NCBI GenBank assembly: GCA_049967475.1
Contig: JBMFSQ010000013.1
Span: 26,009-90,008 of the forward strand
Direction of reading: 5' to 3'
Length of the DNA: 64,000 bases
From: Chthonomonadales bacterium
GTDB taxonomy: Bacteria; Armatimonadota; Chthonomonadetes; Chthonomonadales; CAJBBX01
Shown here piece after piece: positions 1 to 8,674 of this stretch (within the stretch, counting starts at the first letter, position 1; each line of letters opens with the position of its first letter). The position numbers were made by a program, and so were the translations under genes. Below the pieces are notes generated by a model. It made no database searches. It saw only the letters and a list, made by a program, of their open reading frames with translations, and was not told the origin of the DNA.

Positions 1-458
1 CGGATCCCGTCAAAGGAGCGGCCTGTATTTCCCCACTCCAGGTTGCCCACGAGGCGGCTGTCGCCGAATTTCATCGTCTGCCGCCCAATCTTCCAGATGC
101 GCCCGTGATCCACCATGGACGCGTACCCTTCAAGAACATCCACGTCTCTCAAGCGGATGGAGGTGGGGCCGGGCCCGCCGTGAGGATTCTGATAAGCCCA
201 CTGCGGCTCGATGAAGATGCGGGACTTGTTCGCCCCCTCCCACAAGAGGCCCAGGCGCATCCGGCTCAACTCGTCCTTCGGGCTGTCTCCACTTCGAGAT
301 GCGAAATTCGCCGCGTCGCGCGCCTCATAGCGAAGCCGCCACTCGCCCATAAGGCGCAATCCCCGCCCTAAGGATATGCCTGGCTGCTGCTGCGCGCGTG
401 CGCCGGCAGCGGTCAAAAGCGCCGCACCAAAGGCTGCCATCTTCCTGCAGCATTTCAT
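1..458 (-). CDS. Alginate-export-family outer-membrane beta-barrel protein (partial, runs off window)
   Basis: Hand translation from ATG at 458, which overlaps the cytochrome b TGA (ATGA): signal-like N-terminus, GEWRLRYE, then KIGRQTMKFGDSRLVGNLEWGNTGRSFDGI, typical of this family. Absent from the ORF track because it has no stop in the window. Confidence 0.75.
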   Translation of the reverse strand, partial: MKCCRKMAAFGAALLTAAGARAQQQPGISLGRGLRLMGEWRLRYEARDAANFASRSGDSPKDELSRMRLGLLWEGANKSRIFIEPQWAYQNPHGGPGPTSIRLRDVDVLEGYASMVDHGRIWKIGRQTMKFGDSRLVGNLEWGNTGRSFDGI

Positions 459-1711
459 CGTACCGTTGCCTCCGGAGTACGGGATGGTCGCCCTGCCGCG
501 TGCGCCGAGGAGGCAGCCGCAGCAGCCGGCTTGGGCTGAGGGGGCGGCTCCGTAAGGATGCCCTTGAGGGTGAGCGTCCCGATGAATAGAACCAAAAAGA
601 GGCCCAGATCAATTACCCACCTGCGCTGGGCAGGATGGCGTGAAGGCGAGCGGTCCAGCCATGGTAGGAGCAACATTCCCACCGTCACCATACCGGGGAT
701 CACGAGGGTCCCCACCACCTCCATGCTGGACGGCATGAGTTTCAGCAACTCATACAGTCCCAGGAAATACCACTCCGGCCGCGGCGTAAAGTCTGCGCGC
801 GCGGGATCCGCAACATCCATCAGCTCGGGCTTCACCAGCACGGCCAGGAGAAACACCACCCCGATGCCCACCAGAACCACCACCGCATCCTTGAACAACT
901 GCGTGGGCCAAAAAGGAACCGGCTCCCCCTTCTGGGGCACTACAGGTCCGGCAATGTGGTGCCGCCGCACTAAATACAGATGAAAGGCGGTAAAGATCCC
1001 CAAGGCCAAAGGAAGAAGCATGATATGGGCCGCGTAGAAGCGCGTCAGCGTGAGGGCGCCGACCTCCGTACCTCCGCGGATCAACACCATGATCTGTTGG
1101 CCGATGACAGGAGCGGTAGCCGCGATGCGCGTGCCCACTACCGTGGCCCAGTAGGCCTTTTGGTCCCACGGAAGCAGATAACCCGTAAACGAGAAGCCTA
1201 GGATCACCTGGAAGATGACCACCCCTACAACCCACGTGAGTTCTCGAGGCTTCTTGTAGGATCCCCAAAAGAAGACGCGCAGAATGTGCAGCACCACAAC
1301 AATCACGATGGCGGTAGCGCCCCAGTGGTGGATGCCCCGGATGAAGGAGCCCAACCACACCTTTTGGGAGATCCACTTCACGCTCTCATAGGCGTGATCG
1401 GGGCTGGGAACGTAGAACATGGCCAGCGCCACGCCCGTTATGAACTGGAAGGCAAGGAGCGTCAGAAGCAGGTTCCCAAGCGTCTGCCACCAGCCGACCC
1501 CAGGAGGCATGGGCTCGTCCAGGTTCTTGCGCACGAAGCCCCACCAGCCTAGCCGAAGCTCGAGCCAATCAGCCAAAGAAGGCCGCACCCGCCTGAGATC
1601 TTCCAGTTCCTTGGCTTCCCACGGCTCTTGCGGCGGCTCGGACCCGTTGCCGCCATCCAAACCAAGCCGCTTCCCCCGCGTGTCCGCAGGCTCCTGTAGA
1701 AGTTTCGCCAT
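455..1711 (-). CDS. petB: Cytochrome b of a Rieske/cyt b complex (b6 + subunit IV fused)
   Basis: Heme His pairs (GIHHWG...LHILR; AHIML...FHLYL), GYLLPWDQ and the PEWY Qo motif. Start at MAKLLQ, just after the Rieske stop. Confidence 0.92.
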   Translation of the reverse strand: MAKLLQEPADTRGKRLGLDGGNGSEPPQEPWEAKELEDLRRVRPSLADWLELRLGWWGFVRKNLDEPMPPGVGWWQTLGNLLLTLLAFQFITGVALAMFYVPSPDHAYESVKWISQKVWLGSFIRGIHHWGATAIVIVVVLHILRVFFWGSYKKPRELTWVVGVVIFQVILGFSFTGYLLPWDQKAYWATVVGTRIAATAPVIGQQIMVLIRGGTEVGALTLTRFYAAHIMLLPLALGIFTAFHLYLVRRHHIAGPVVPQKGEPVPFWPTQLFKDAVVVLVGIGVVFLLAVLVKPELMDVADPARADFTPRPEWYFLGLYELLKLMPSSMEVVGTLVIPGMVTVGMLLLPWLDRSPSRHPAQRRWVIDLGLFLVLFIGTLTLKGILTEPPPQPKPAAAAASSAHAAGRPSRTPEATVR

Positions 1712-1716
1712 GGCAG

Positions 1717-2223
1717 TTACACCTTGTAGAGCCACACCCGGCCGTTCTCGACCTTCGAGGGAATGCGGCTGAGCCCTCGCGGCGGCGGCCCGGATAAATG
1801 GTTGCCGTCCTCATCGAAAACCCCGCCGTGACAGGGGCACACGTACCTGCGCTTGCGGTCCTTGAACTGCACGTGGCAGCCCAGATGCGGGCATGTCGGA
1901 TCGAAGGCAACGATGACATCGCCCTTTCGGTGCAGAAAAACACTGTACGTGCGGCGCGCCTTCATGTACCCGTCCTGCACCTCAAGGCTGTAATCCACAG
2001 AGCGCGTTTCCCCGTCCCGCAGTTCACCCGCATCGAGAACATCCACCCAGGTCCCGCGCTTCTTCCCTCGCTTGAGCGGCGATGCGATGAACCCGATCGT
2101 GGGCCCGATGATCGCGAGAGCCACCGTGCCGTTGATCAACCCCACCAGCATCCCCAATACCGTTCTTCTTGGAACCCTGTGGCATGCGGGACACAGATCG
2201 CCGTCATGCTTGCCTTTGTCCAT
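1717..2223 (-). CDS. Rieske 2Fe-2S subunit
   Basis: CPHLGC and CPCHGGVF boxes, GPPP, RRTVL Tat-like anchor, GGAGG RBS upstream of MDKGK. Confidence 0.92.
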   Translation of the reverse strand: MDKGKHDGDLCPACHRVPRRTVLGMLVGLINGTVALAIIGPTIGFIASPLKRGKKRGTWVDVLDAGELRDGETRSVDYSLEVQDGYMKARRTYSVFLHRKGDVIVAFDPTCPHLGCHVQFKDRKRRYVCPCHGGVFDEDGNHLSGPPPRGLSRIPSKVENGRVWLYKV

Positions 2224-2281
2224 AGTTGGACCTCCCATATTCTGAAGGGATCGCGAATGCGATGCCCATGCTTCCGGCATC

Positions 2282-4207
2282 CTACGGGTAGTACCGGATG
2301 CGTATCTTGCCCGCAAAAGCAGGATCAATCTGCTTCAGAACCCCTTCTGCGATGCGCTGAGACTTGTGGTGCCTTCCCGGCGAGGGCTCATACGCAAACT
2401 GCAGATCCACCCCCCGAGCCACGATGGCCTCCGTGAGGCGTGTAACAGCCACCAACGCAGGAACTACGAATACATGCTGGAAGCGCGTAAAAGGAGCCGA
2501 CACCAATAGGATCGCCACCAACAGCAGATGCACCACGTACAGCGGCATCACCCAAAGGTTTGCTCCGGAATACCGAAGCGTCTCCACCAGAAAGCCCGTC
2601 AAGATCACCAGAGCCAACTGGTTGATGAAAAGGTAGTCCCGGCCCAAGGTCAGTCCGTTGTCTATGTACTCATCCCGGGCATAGCGATACCGCACATAGA
2701 CGATGCCCGCAAATACGGCAAGCCCGGCGAGGTTGGGCAGCAGCTTCAGCGGATGGGTCAGCGGGAGCGGATTGCGCAAGGGGTTCGCTGCCTGCATGAG
2801 CATATCAGCCAACATCAGGCCGCCGAACCCATAAATCAGGAGCCCGTGCATCACCCAGCGGAACTTGTCCTTCTTGTAAAGGGAACCCACGAGAAGCCCA
2901 TCCACCACCAACGCCCGAAGAACGATGGCCAGCGCCTTGCCGTATCCCAACCGGCCCACATACGGCTTGAGCTGACGCACGCCGGCGCAATCCAGCCAAT
3001 ACCACAGCACCTTGAGCGAAAGAAGGAGCGCTACCAGCGTCACGAGCGAGAAGCCGATCCCCACATTGCGCACCGAGAGCAGGGTGGCTACCCGGTAAGA
3101 GGCCGGTATCTGAGACGGATCGAGCTTGGTGTGGCGAAGATAATCGTAAATCTGGGCGATCTCCGCATCCGATGTGTCCGAGGGTGGCAGGGCCGGCATC
3201 ATTCCCTTGCCGCGCCGAACGGTGAGTTTCACCTGGTCCAGAGAAAGGCGTGTCCCGGCGAGGGGCGGCCCGAACGCCCCCATCCCTGTGGGGCCATGAC
3301 ATCCGGCACAGGAAGAGTTCGCCCAAACCTCGGCGGGCGTTTCCGGAGGATTGGGCTGCCTCGGGCTCTGCTGCTGGGCAGCGGAACGGCTCGCCAAAAC
3401 CAGCAGGAGGGCCGCCCCGGCAAGCCCCAGCATCCGCGCCACGAAATGGACCGCTCCTGCAGGGTTGCGTGTCCCCGCCGGATGCCGCCCTTCCCGCTCC
3501 GGCGGGCCGGCAGCCATCCATTCGGATGGTTCCCGCGGCTCCTGCGTCGGCACAACGCCCTGCCCGGCCGTCTCCTGAGCCGCCATGGTTCCTAGGTAGA
3601 GGTTCGCAGGTTCGGTTGCACATTCGGGCAACAACTTGAAGGGATCCCGACCTGTACGCTCTCGCTGCTCCGCTACATAGCGGCTGATCTTGCTCGATGG
3701 GTCCTCGAGGTCGCCGAAGATCCGCGCGGTGGTAGGACATGCCACCACACATGCCGGCTCCAGCCCCTGATCCACACGCTGGGCGCAGAAGGTGCATTTG
3801 CGGGCTACATTCTGCTTGAGGCGGGGCCGCACGAAGTCCCGCTCGTACGCTCGGTCCTCGGGCAGGTACCACTCGTCCGTGGCCCTGAGAACGATATTGC
3901 CGTACGGGCATGCCGACACGCACGCGCCTGTGCCGCGGCACCGATCCTGGTCAATGAGCACGATCCCGTCGGGTCGGCGAAAGATGGCCTTGTTGGGACA
4001 GGCCTTCAGGCAGGCAGGGTTCTCGCAATGGTTGCACAGCACCGGAATGTACACCCGCTTCACGTTCGGGAACGTCCCGGCTTCCACGTTGAGCACCCTG
4101 GCAAAGAACACGTCGGCAGGGGTGCCGTTCTCCTGCTTGCAGGCCACTGTGCACGCATCGCATCCGATGCACCGTGTTAGGTCAATGAGCATGGCCAGTC
4201 TTGCCAT
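2282..4207 (-). CDS. Fusion protein: molybdoenzyme beta-type Fe-S domain + monoheme cytochrome c + NarI-like heme b membrane domain
   Basis: CIGCDAC, CNHCENPAC, CRGTGAC and CTFC..PAC motifs; hydrophobic segment; CAGCH...GMMP; C-terminal WVMHG and VVH...PFTRFQH helices. Confidence 0.85.
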   Translation of the reverse strand: MARLAMLIDLTRCIGCDACTVACKQENGTPADVFFARVLNVEAGTFPNVKRVYIPVLCNHCENPACLKACPNKAIFRRPDGIVLIDQDRCRGTGACVSACPYGNIVLRATDEWYLPEDRAYERDFVRPRLKQNVARKCTFCAQRVDQGLEPACVVACPTTARIFGDLEDPSSKISRYVAEQRERTGRDPFKLLPECATEPANLYLGTMAAQETAGQGVVPTQEPREPSEWMAAGPPEREGRHPAGTRNPAGAVHFVARMLGLAGAALLLVLASRSAAQQQSPRQPNPPETPAEVWANSSCAGCHGPTGMGAFGPPLAGTRLSLDQVKLTVRRGKGMMPALPPSDTSDAEIAQIYDYLRHTKLDPSQIPASYRVATLLSVRNVGIGFSLVTLVALLLSLKVLWYWLDCAGVRQLKPYVGRLGYGKALAIVLRALVVDGLLVGSLYKKDKFRWVMHGLLIYGFGGLMLADMLMQAANPLRNPLPLTHPLKLLPNLAGLAVFAGIVYVRYRYARDEYIDNGLTLGRDYLFINQLALVILTGFLVETLRYSGANLWVMPLYVVHLLLVAILLVSAPFTRFQHVFVVPALVAVTRLTEAIVARGVDLQFAYEPSPGRHHKSQRIAEGVLKQIDPAFAGKIRIRYYP

Positions 4208-4209
4208 CG

Positions 4210-6648
4210 TCAGCTCACCTTTCGTACGTCCACGCGCGTGTCCTTCCAATGCTGCCCCGGCGCGTAAACGGCAGGCAAGTAATACGCCTCATGCGTCGGC
4301 TTGATCTTCTGGTGGGTATGCACCGCATGATACTTGCCGCCTCCCAAGTAACGGTCCCACCACCCATGATCCACGCAAACTACTCCGGGCTTTATGGCCT
4401 CTGTAACCAAAGCCCACAAGCGATAGCTCCCGTTGTTGTTGAAGATCTCCACAGCATCGCCGTCTCGGATGCCCCGGGCAGCCGCATCTCTGGGGTTCAT
4501 CTCCACCACAGGCTTCCGATTGAGGTTCAGCAGGATGGGGTTGTTGCTGTGGGTCGAATGTACACGCCACTTGGAGTGGGGCGTTACGATGGCCAGGGGA
4601 AGCCGCTGATCCGCCTCCGGCAGATGGCTGAAGCTCGGCTTGTATTGAGGAAGGGCTTCTCCCAACTTCAGATAGATCTCCTCTTCCTTGTAGAACTCCA
4701 TCCGCCCCGTCTTGAGGAACTCGCGCTGCTGCTCCACTTTGAAGGGCAATGCTCGCGGCGGAAAGGGCTTCTTCTCAATCAGTTGCTCATCGAGCCCAAT
4801 CTCGGGATCCGGCACGTTCAGGCGCACCGGGCCCTCAAGAAGCTGCTCCAGCGTAATGCCTTCCGTCTCCTTGCCGGCGGTCTCCAACAGAATGCGTATG
4901 GCGTCCAGCTCTGTGAGGTCGAAGTAATGGGATAATTCGGGAGCCACGCGTTTGACGAGTTCGCGCACAATCCACAACTCCGTGCGGCTCTCGAACTGCG
5001 GCGGGATTACCGGCTGTTGCATCTGCAGATAGGGGTGGCAGCCGGTTGCCACCAAATCATACTTCTCCCAGAAGGTGGGAGCGGGCAGTACCACGTCGGC
5101 GTACTCGCACGTCGGCGTCATGGAGAAATCGGTCACCACGAAGAGTTCCAACGCATCTATGGCGCGGCGCATGGGCTCGGAGAACTCTGTAACCAAGGGG
5201 TTCGCATGGGACACGAAAAGAGCCTTGAAACCGCTCTTGGGGAACCTGATCTTCGGGTTTATGGTGTCGGTGGGCTGCCCAAGCACAAAATAGTGCATCG
5301 GGACGTTGTTGGGCCGCTTCCCTTCAGGAAACCAGAAGCCGCTGATATCTATGCGGAAGTGGTGCTGGCCGGAATAGATGGACACCCCCGAACCGGGAAC
5401 GCCGTAATTCCCCGCCAACGCACTCAGCAACAGGACCGCCCGGATCGTGAGATCACCGTGGAGCCGGTGGTTGATGCCCATCCCAATCAGAATAATGGCG
5501 GGCTTCGTGGCGGCATATTCCCGCGCTACCTGGCGGATCGTATCTGCAGGGATATCGGTCACGCGGGCAACATTCTCCACCGAGTACTCTTCGCGCATTA
5601 TGAGCTCTTCCAGCAGGTCGAATACAGGCCGGACCCTCACGGTGCCGCCCTCCACCTGGGCCTCCAAACTGCCGCGAAAACGAGGCCGCACGTCGGCAGG
5701 CAGCTCCAAGGTGTCCGACGGAAGCACGAACCACCGGCCCCCGGCCTCATCCCATACCGGGAATTCGTTCTCGCCCCCAATCCCCAAATCGGAAGCGCGC
5801 AGCCTGCGGCCCGTGTCCTCCCGAATAAGGGTCGCGCAATCCGTGTAGGTACGCAAAAATTCCCAGTTGACCAGCCCTTCCTCCAGAAGCACGCGGCACA
5901 TTCCCAAAGCAAGGGCGCCGTCCGTACCCGGATTGATGGGCAGCCAAAGATCCGACCCCTTGGCGGTCTGACTGCAGCGGGGGTCAATGCACACGATGCG
6001 GCAGCCGTTCTGCTGCTTCGCCTCCTTCGTTAGAAAATGGGCATCCGGAATGCGCGTCTGAAAAATGTTGGCGGACCACAGGATGGCGTATTTGGCATAT
6101 CCCCAGCTTTTGCTCTCACACTCCACGCTGTCTATCCCAACCGTCTGCGTGAAGCCCATGGAGATATCGCCGTTGTAGTCGTAGGCGGTAGCAAACGACA
6201 TTCCCAGGAGCGCCGCCATACGGATCTGGGCCCCCTTCTGAACATAGCTGGTTCCCACCACCTGATTGAACAGCAGCATGCTCTCCGGGCCGTACGCCGC
6301 CATGATGCGCTTCATGTTGGAGGCGATGAACTCGAGCGCCTCATCCCACGAAGCTTCCTTCCATTTGCCCTCACCGCGCGCCCCCTGACGAATGAGGGGC
6401 GTCTTGATGCGGTCCGGACCATAGATCATATGGGTCATGGACATGCCGCGCAGGCAGCCGCGCGGATTGTACTCGTCACACGGATAATCAGCCGCCGGCT
6501 TCAGATCCACAATCACGCCGTCTACTACAGTGGCATTCCAGCCGCACGCTCCGGTGCAGTTGGGGCTGTCCGTTGTCCGCACGATGCGGGCCTCTCCGGC
6601 GGGCAGCGGCGAAGGATGCCTACCTGGAACAGCGTATCGAGTTGTCAT
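4210..6648 (-). CDS. Molybdopterin oxidoreductase catalytic subunit, type II DMSO reductase family (NarG/PcrA/EbdA-like)
   Basis: FS0 motif DSPNCTGAC...YNPRGC; YDYNGD matching the Asp Mo-ligand region; TPHSKWRVHS and C-terminal dinucleotide-binding domain; no twin-arginine leader. Confidence 0.88.
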   Translation of the reverse strand: MTTRYAVPGRHPSPLPAGEARIVRTTDSPNCTGACGWNATVVDGVIVDLKPAADYPCDEYNPRGCLRGMSMTHMIYGPDRIKTPLIRQGARGEGKWKEASWDEALEFIASNMKRIMAAYGPESMLLFNQVVGTSYVQKGAQIRMAALLGMSFATAYDYNGDISMGFTQTVGIDSVECESKSWGYAKYAILWSANIFQTRIPDAHFLTKEAKQQNGCRIVCIDPRCSQTAKGSDLWLPINPGTDGALALGMCRVLLEEGLVNWEFLRTYTDCATLIREDTGRRLRASDLGIGGENEFPVWDEAGGRWFVLPSDTLELPADVRPRFRGSLEAQVEGGTVRVRPVFDLLEELIMREEYSVENVARVTDIPADTIRQVAREYAATKPAIILIGMGINHRLHGDLTIRAVLLLSALAGNYGVPGSGVSIYSGQHHFRIDISGFWFPEGKRPNNVPMHYFVLGQPTDTINPKIRFPKSGFKALFVSHANPLVTEFSEPMRRAIDALELFVVTDFSMTPTCEYADVVLPAPTFWEKYDLVATGCHPYLQMQQPVIPPQFESRTELWIVRELVKRVAPELSHYFDLTELDAIRILLETAGKETEGITLEQLLEGPVRLNVPDPEIGLDEQLIEKKPFPPRALPFKVEQQREFLKTGRMEFYKEEEIYLKLGEALPQYKPSFSHLPEADQRLPLAIVTPHSKWRVHSTHSNNPILLNLNRKPVVEMNPRDAAARGIRDGDAVEIFNNNGSYRLWALVTEAIKPGVVCVDHGWWDRYLGGGKYHAVHTHQKIKPTHEAYYLPAVYAPGQHWKDTRVDVRKVS

Positions 6649-6711
6649 TCTTCCAACCCCCTTCAACCGTGGGCCACGGATGCAGGTCGCCGGGATATAG
6701 ACAATATCTGC

Positions 6712-6765
6712 ATCCACATATCCGATTTCAACGTCTATTATGCTCCCGCGTCCGATCCCCGTCCA
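6712..6765 (-). promoter_or_regulatory. Putative sigma70 promoter of the molybdoenzyme operon, with downstream GGATATGTGGAT motif
   Basis: TGGACG-17bp-CATAAT on the minus strand; 12-mer at 6712-6723, 13 bp after the -10. Confidence 0.55.
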
Positions 6766-6800
6766 TCAGGAAATATGTAATGGCGGCCAGTACTCCAGTA

Positions 6801-8003
6801 CTAGCCTTCCGGCTGAAGCGGGCCCGCAGCCTCCAGAACTCTGCCGGAACCCGCCTGCTTCAGGAATACGGCGTAATTCGTTACGAGGCACACGGCGCAG
6901 AAGACACTCAAAAGGATGAACCCTAGGTCATAGGCCCCGGTCTGCTTCTTTATGATGCCCAAGACCAGCGGCGGAAAGAACCCGCCAAGTCCGCCCATCG
7001 CGCCTACAAGCCCGGTAACCGTGCCCGTGTCCTTTGGGAAAAACTGCGGAACGAGTTTGAATACCGCCCCGTTTCCCAGTCCGATGAACGCCGCCACTCC
7101 AAGGGCTCCGATGGAGAAGGGCACGATGTTCTCCGATGTCAGCCCAAGGGCCAGGATCCCAGCGCCTGAAAATACGGCCATGAGCACCCTCGCTCCCCCA
7201 ATGCGGTCGCTCAGCCATCCGCCGATGGGCCGCATGGCGGTCGCCAGAACAACGAAGCCGGCCACCCGCAGGCCGGCATCGGCCGCCGTAAGCTTGAAGA
7301 TCTCCTGCAAAAGCTTGGGCAGCCCGATGCTCAGGGCTACAAATCCCCCGAATGTCACAAAATAGAACAGCGACAGGAGCCACGAGCGCGGTTCCCGAGC
7401 CAAAACCTTCAACATCTCCGAAAAGCTCTTCGGCTTCGCCGCAACCGGGGCATTGTGCGCCAGCAGCAAGAAACACACACCGTACACAAGCGCTACCGCA
7501 GCAAACACCTGATAAGCGGACCGCCACCCCCCGAGCCTCAGCGCAAGCGCCGGGATGCCCCAAAGTGCGATGCTCTGGCCGATGTTCCCTGCACCATACA
7601 CTCCCAGCGCCAGCCCCTGTTTCTCCGGCGGAAACCATTTGGACGTAAACGCGATCCCTATGGAAAAGGAAGTGCCGGCCATTCCCAACAGCAACCCCCA
7701 GAAAAGAAACTCGCCGAAGCTTTGGGCGCCGCTGAGCATGTACGCCGGAACCGAGATGAACAACAGCAACAACCCGAAGACGATGCGCCCTCCGTACCGG
7801 TCCGCCAACATCCCCAGCGGAAGCCGCATCACTGATCCCAGCAGAACAGGAACGGAGATCAACATCCACGTCTGCTGATCCGTAAAGCCAAACTGCTTCT
7901 TGAAGGTCTGGGCCATCGGCGAGATGATGCCCCACACAGCAAAGCTGATGGCAAAGGCTACTGTAGAAAGAGCGAGCGCGCGCACGGAACCTTTTTGCCT
8001 CAT
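6801..8003 (-). CDS. narK: NarK/NasA-family nitrate/nitrite MFS transporter
   Basis: VLLGSVMRLPLG, FVTFGGFVA, MRPIGGWLSDR, GNGAVFKLVP and GGLGGFFPP nitrate/nitrite porter signatures. Confidence 0.9.
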   Translation of the reverse strand: MRQKGSVRALALSTVAFAISFAVWGIISPMAQTFKKQFGFTDQQTWMLISVPVLLGSVMRLPLGMLADRYGGRIVFGLLLLFISVPAYMLSGAQSFGEFLFWGLLLGMAGTSFSIGIAFTSKWFPPEKQGLALGVYGAGNIGQSIALWGIPALALRLGGWRSAYQVFAAVALVYGVCFLLLAHNAPVAAKPKSFSEMLKVLAREPRSWLLSLFYFVTFGGFVALSIGLPKLLQEIFKLTAADAGLRVAGFVVLATAMRPIGGWLSDRIGGARVLMAVFSGAGILALGLTSENIVPFSIGALGVAAFIGLGNGAVFKLVPQFFPKDTGTVTGLVGAMGGLGGFFPPLVLGIIKKQTGAYDLGFILLSVFCAVCLVTNYAVFLKQAGSGRVLEAAGPLQPEG

Positions 8004-8108
8004 TTTCCATGCCTCCGTTCGGCAGACGATATAGGTATTGCCGGACGATGCCTTTTGCCCCGGCCGCCTGCCGGCCCGAATCGGCGGCGGAACAGCCCGG
8101 ATAATTAG

Positions 8109-8163
8109 ATCCACATATCCTGTAATTCGGCGTATTATAACGCCTCCGCACCAGCCCTGTCAA
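8109..8163 (-). promoter_or_regulatory. Consensus sigma70 promoter of narK, with downstream GGATATGTGGAT motif
   Basis: TTGACA (8158-8163)-18bp-TATAAT (8134-8139); 12-mer at 8109-8120. Confidence 0.7.
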
Positions 8164-8232
8164 CTATCGCCCACCGCCGGCCTCGCTCCCCATGGCCCGC
8201 CGCTCCGGAACCCGACGTGCGGGCAACGGTGC

Positions 8233-8261
8233 TTGACAAACCCGGCTCAGACGCGCATACT
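8233..8261 (+). promoter_or_regulatory. Putative sigma70 promoter of rsfS
   Basis: TTGACA-17bp-CATACT. Confidence 0.55.
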
Positions 8262-8327
8262 GTGCATTGCATTCGCGGCCCAGTACGAAAGACCGCAGGC
8301 GCCCACGCGGAGGAAACCCGGAGATCT

Positions 8328-8669
8328 ATGACTTCTGAAGAGAAGGCGCGCATCATCTCACGCGCTGCCGATGCCAAGCAGGCGCGGGATATGGTCCTTC
8401 TGGACCTGCGCGGCCTCACATTGATGACCGACTATTTCCTGATCTGTTCAGGAACGTCCAACATCCATATCCGCACCATTGTAGACAGCATCCTCGAAGC
8501 GATGAAGCATGCCGGTGCGGGCGGCATCCGCGTGGAAGGGTACGACGCGGCAGTGTGGGCTCTGCTGGATTACGGCGATGTCGTCGTCCACGTGATGGCG
8601 CCTGAACAGCGCGCGTATTATAATCTGGAAGCCTTCTGGAAGGATGCACGCCGGGTGCATCTGGAGTAG
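8328..8669 (+). CDS. rsfS: Ribosome silencing factor
   Basis: DYFLICSG...WALLDYGDVVVHVM...RAYYNLEAFW (Iojap/RsfS). Confidence 0.93.
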   Translation: MTSEEKARIISRAADAKQARDMVLLDLRGLTLMTDYFLICSGTSNIHIRTIVDSILEAMKHAGAGGIRVEGYDAAVWALLDYGDVVVHVMAPEQRAYYNLEAFWKDARRVHLE

Positions 8670-8674
8670 TAGGC

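Noticed and set aside
4210..6648. Calling the molybdoenzyme narG or nxrA
   Set aside because: Length, FS0 motif and partner subunits differ from canonical NarGHJI/NxrAB; the substrate is inferred only from narK.
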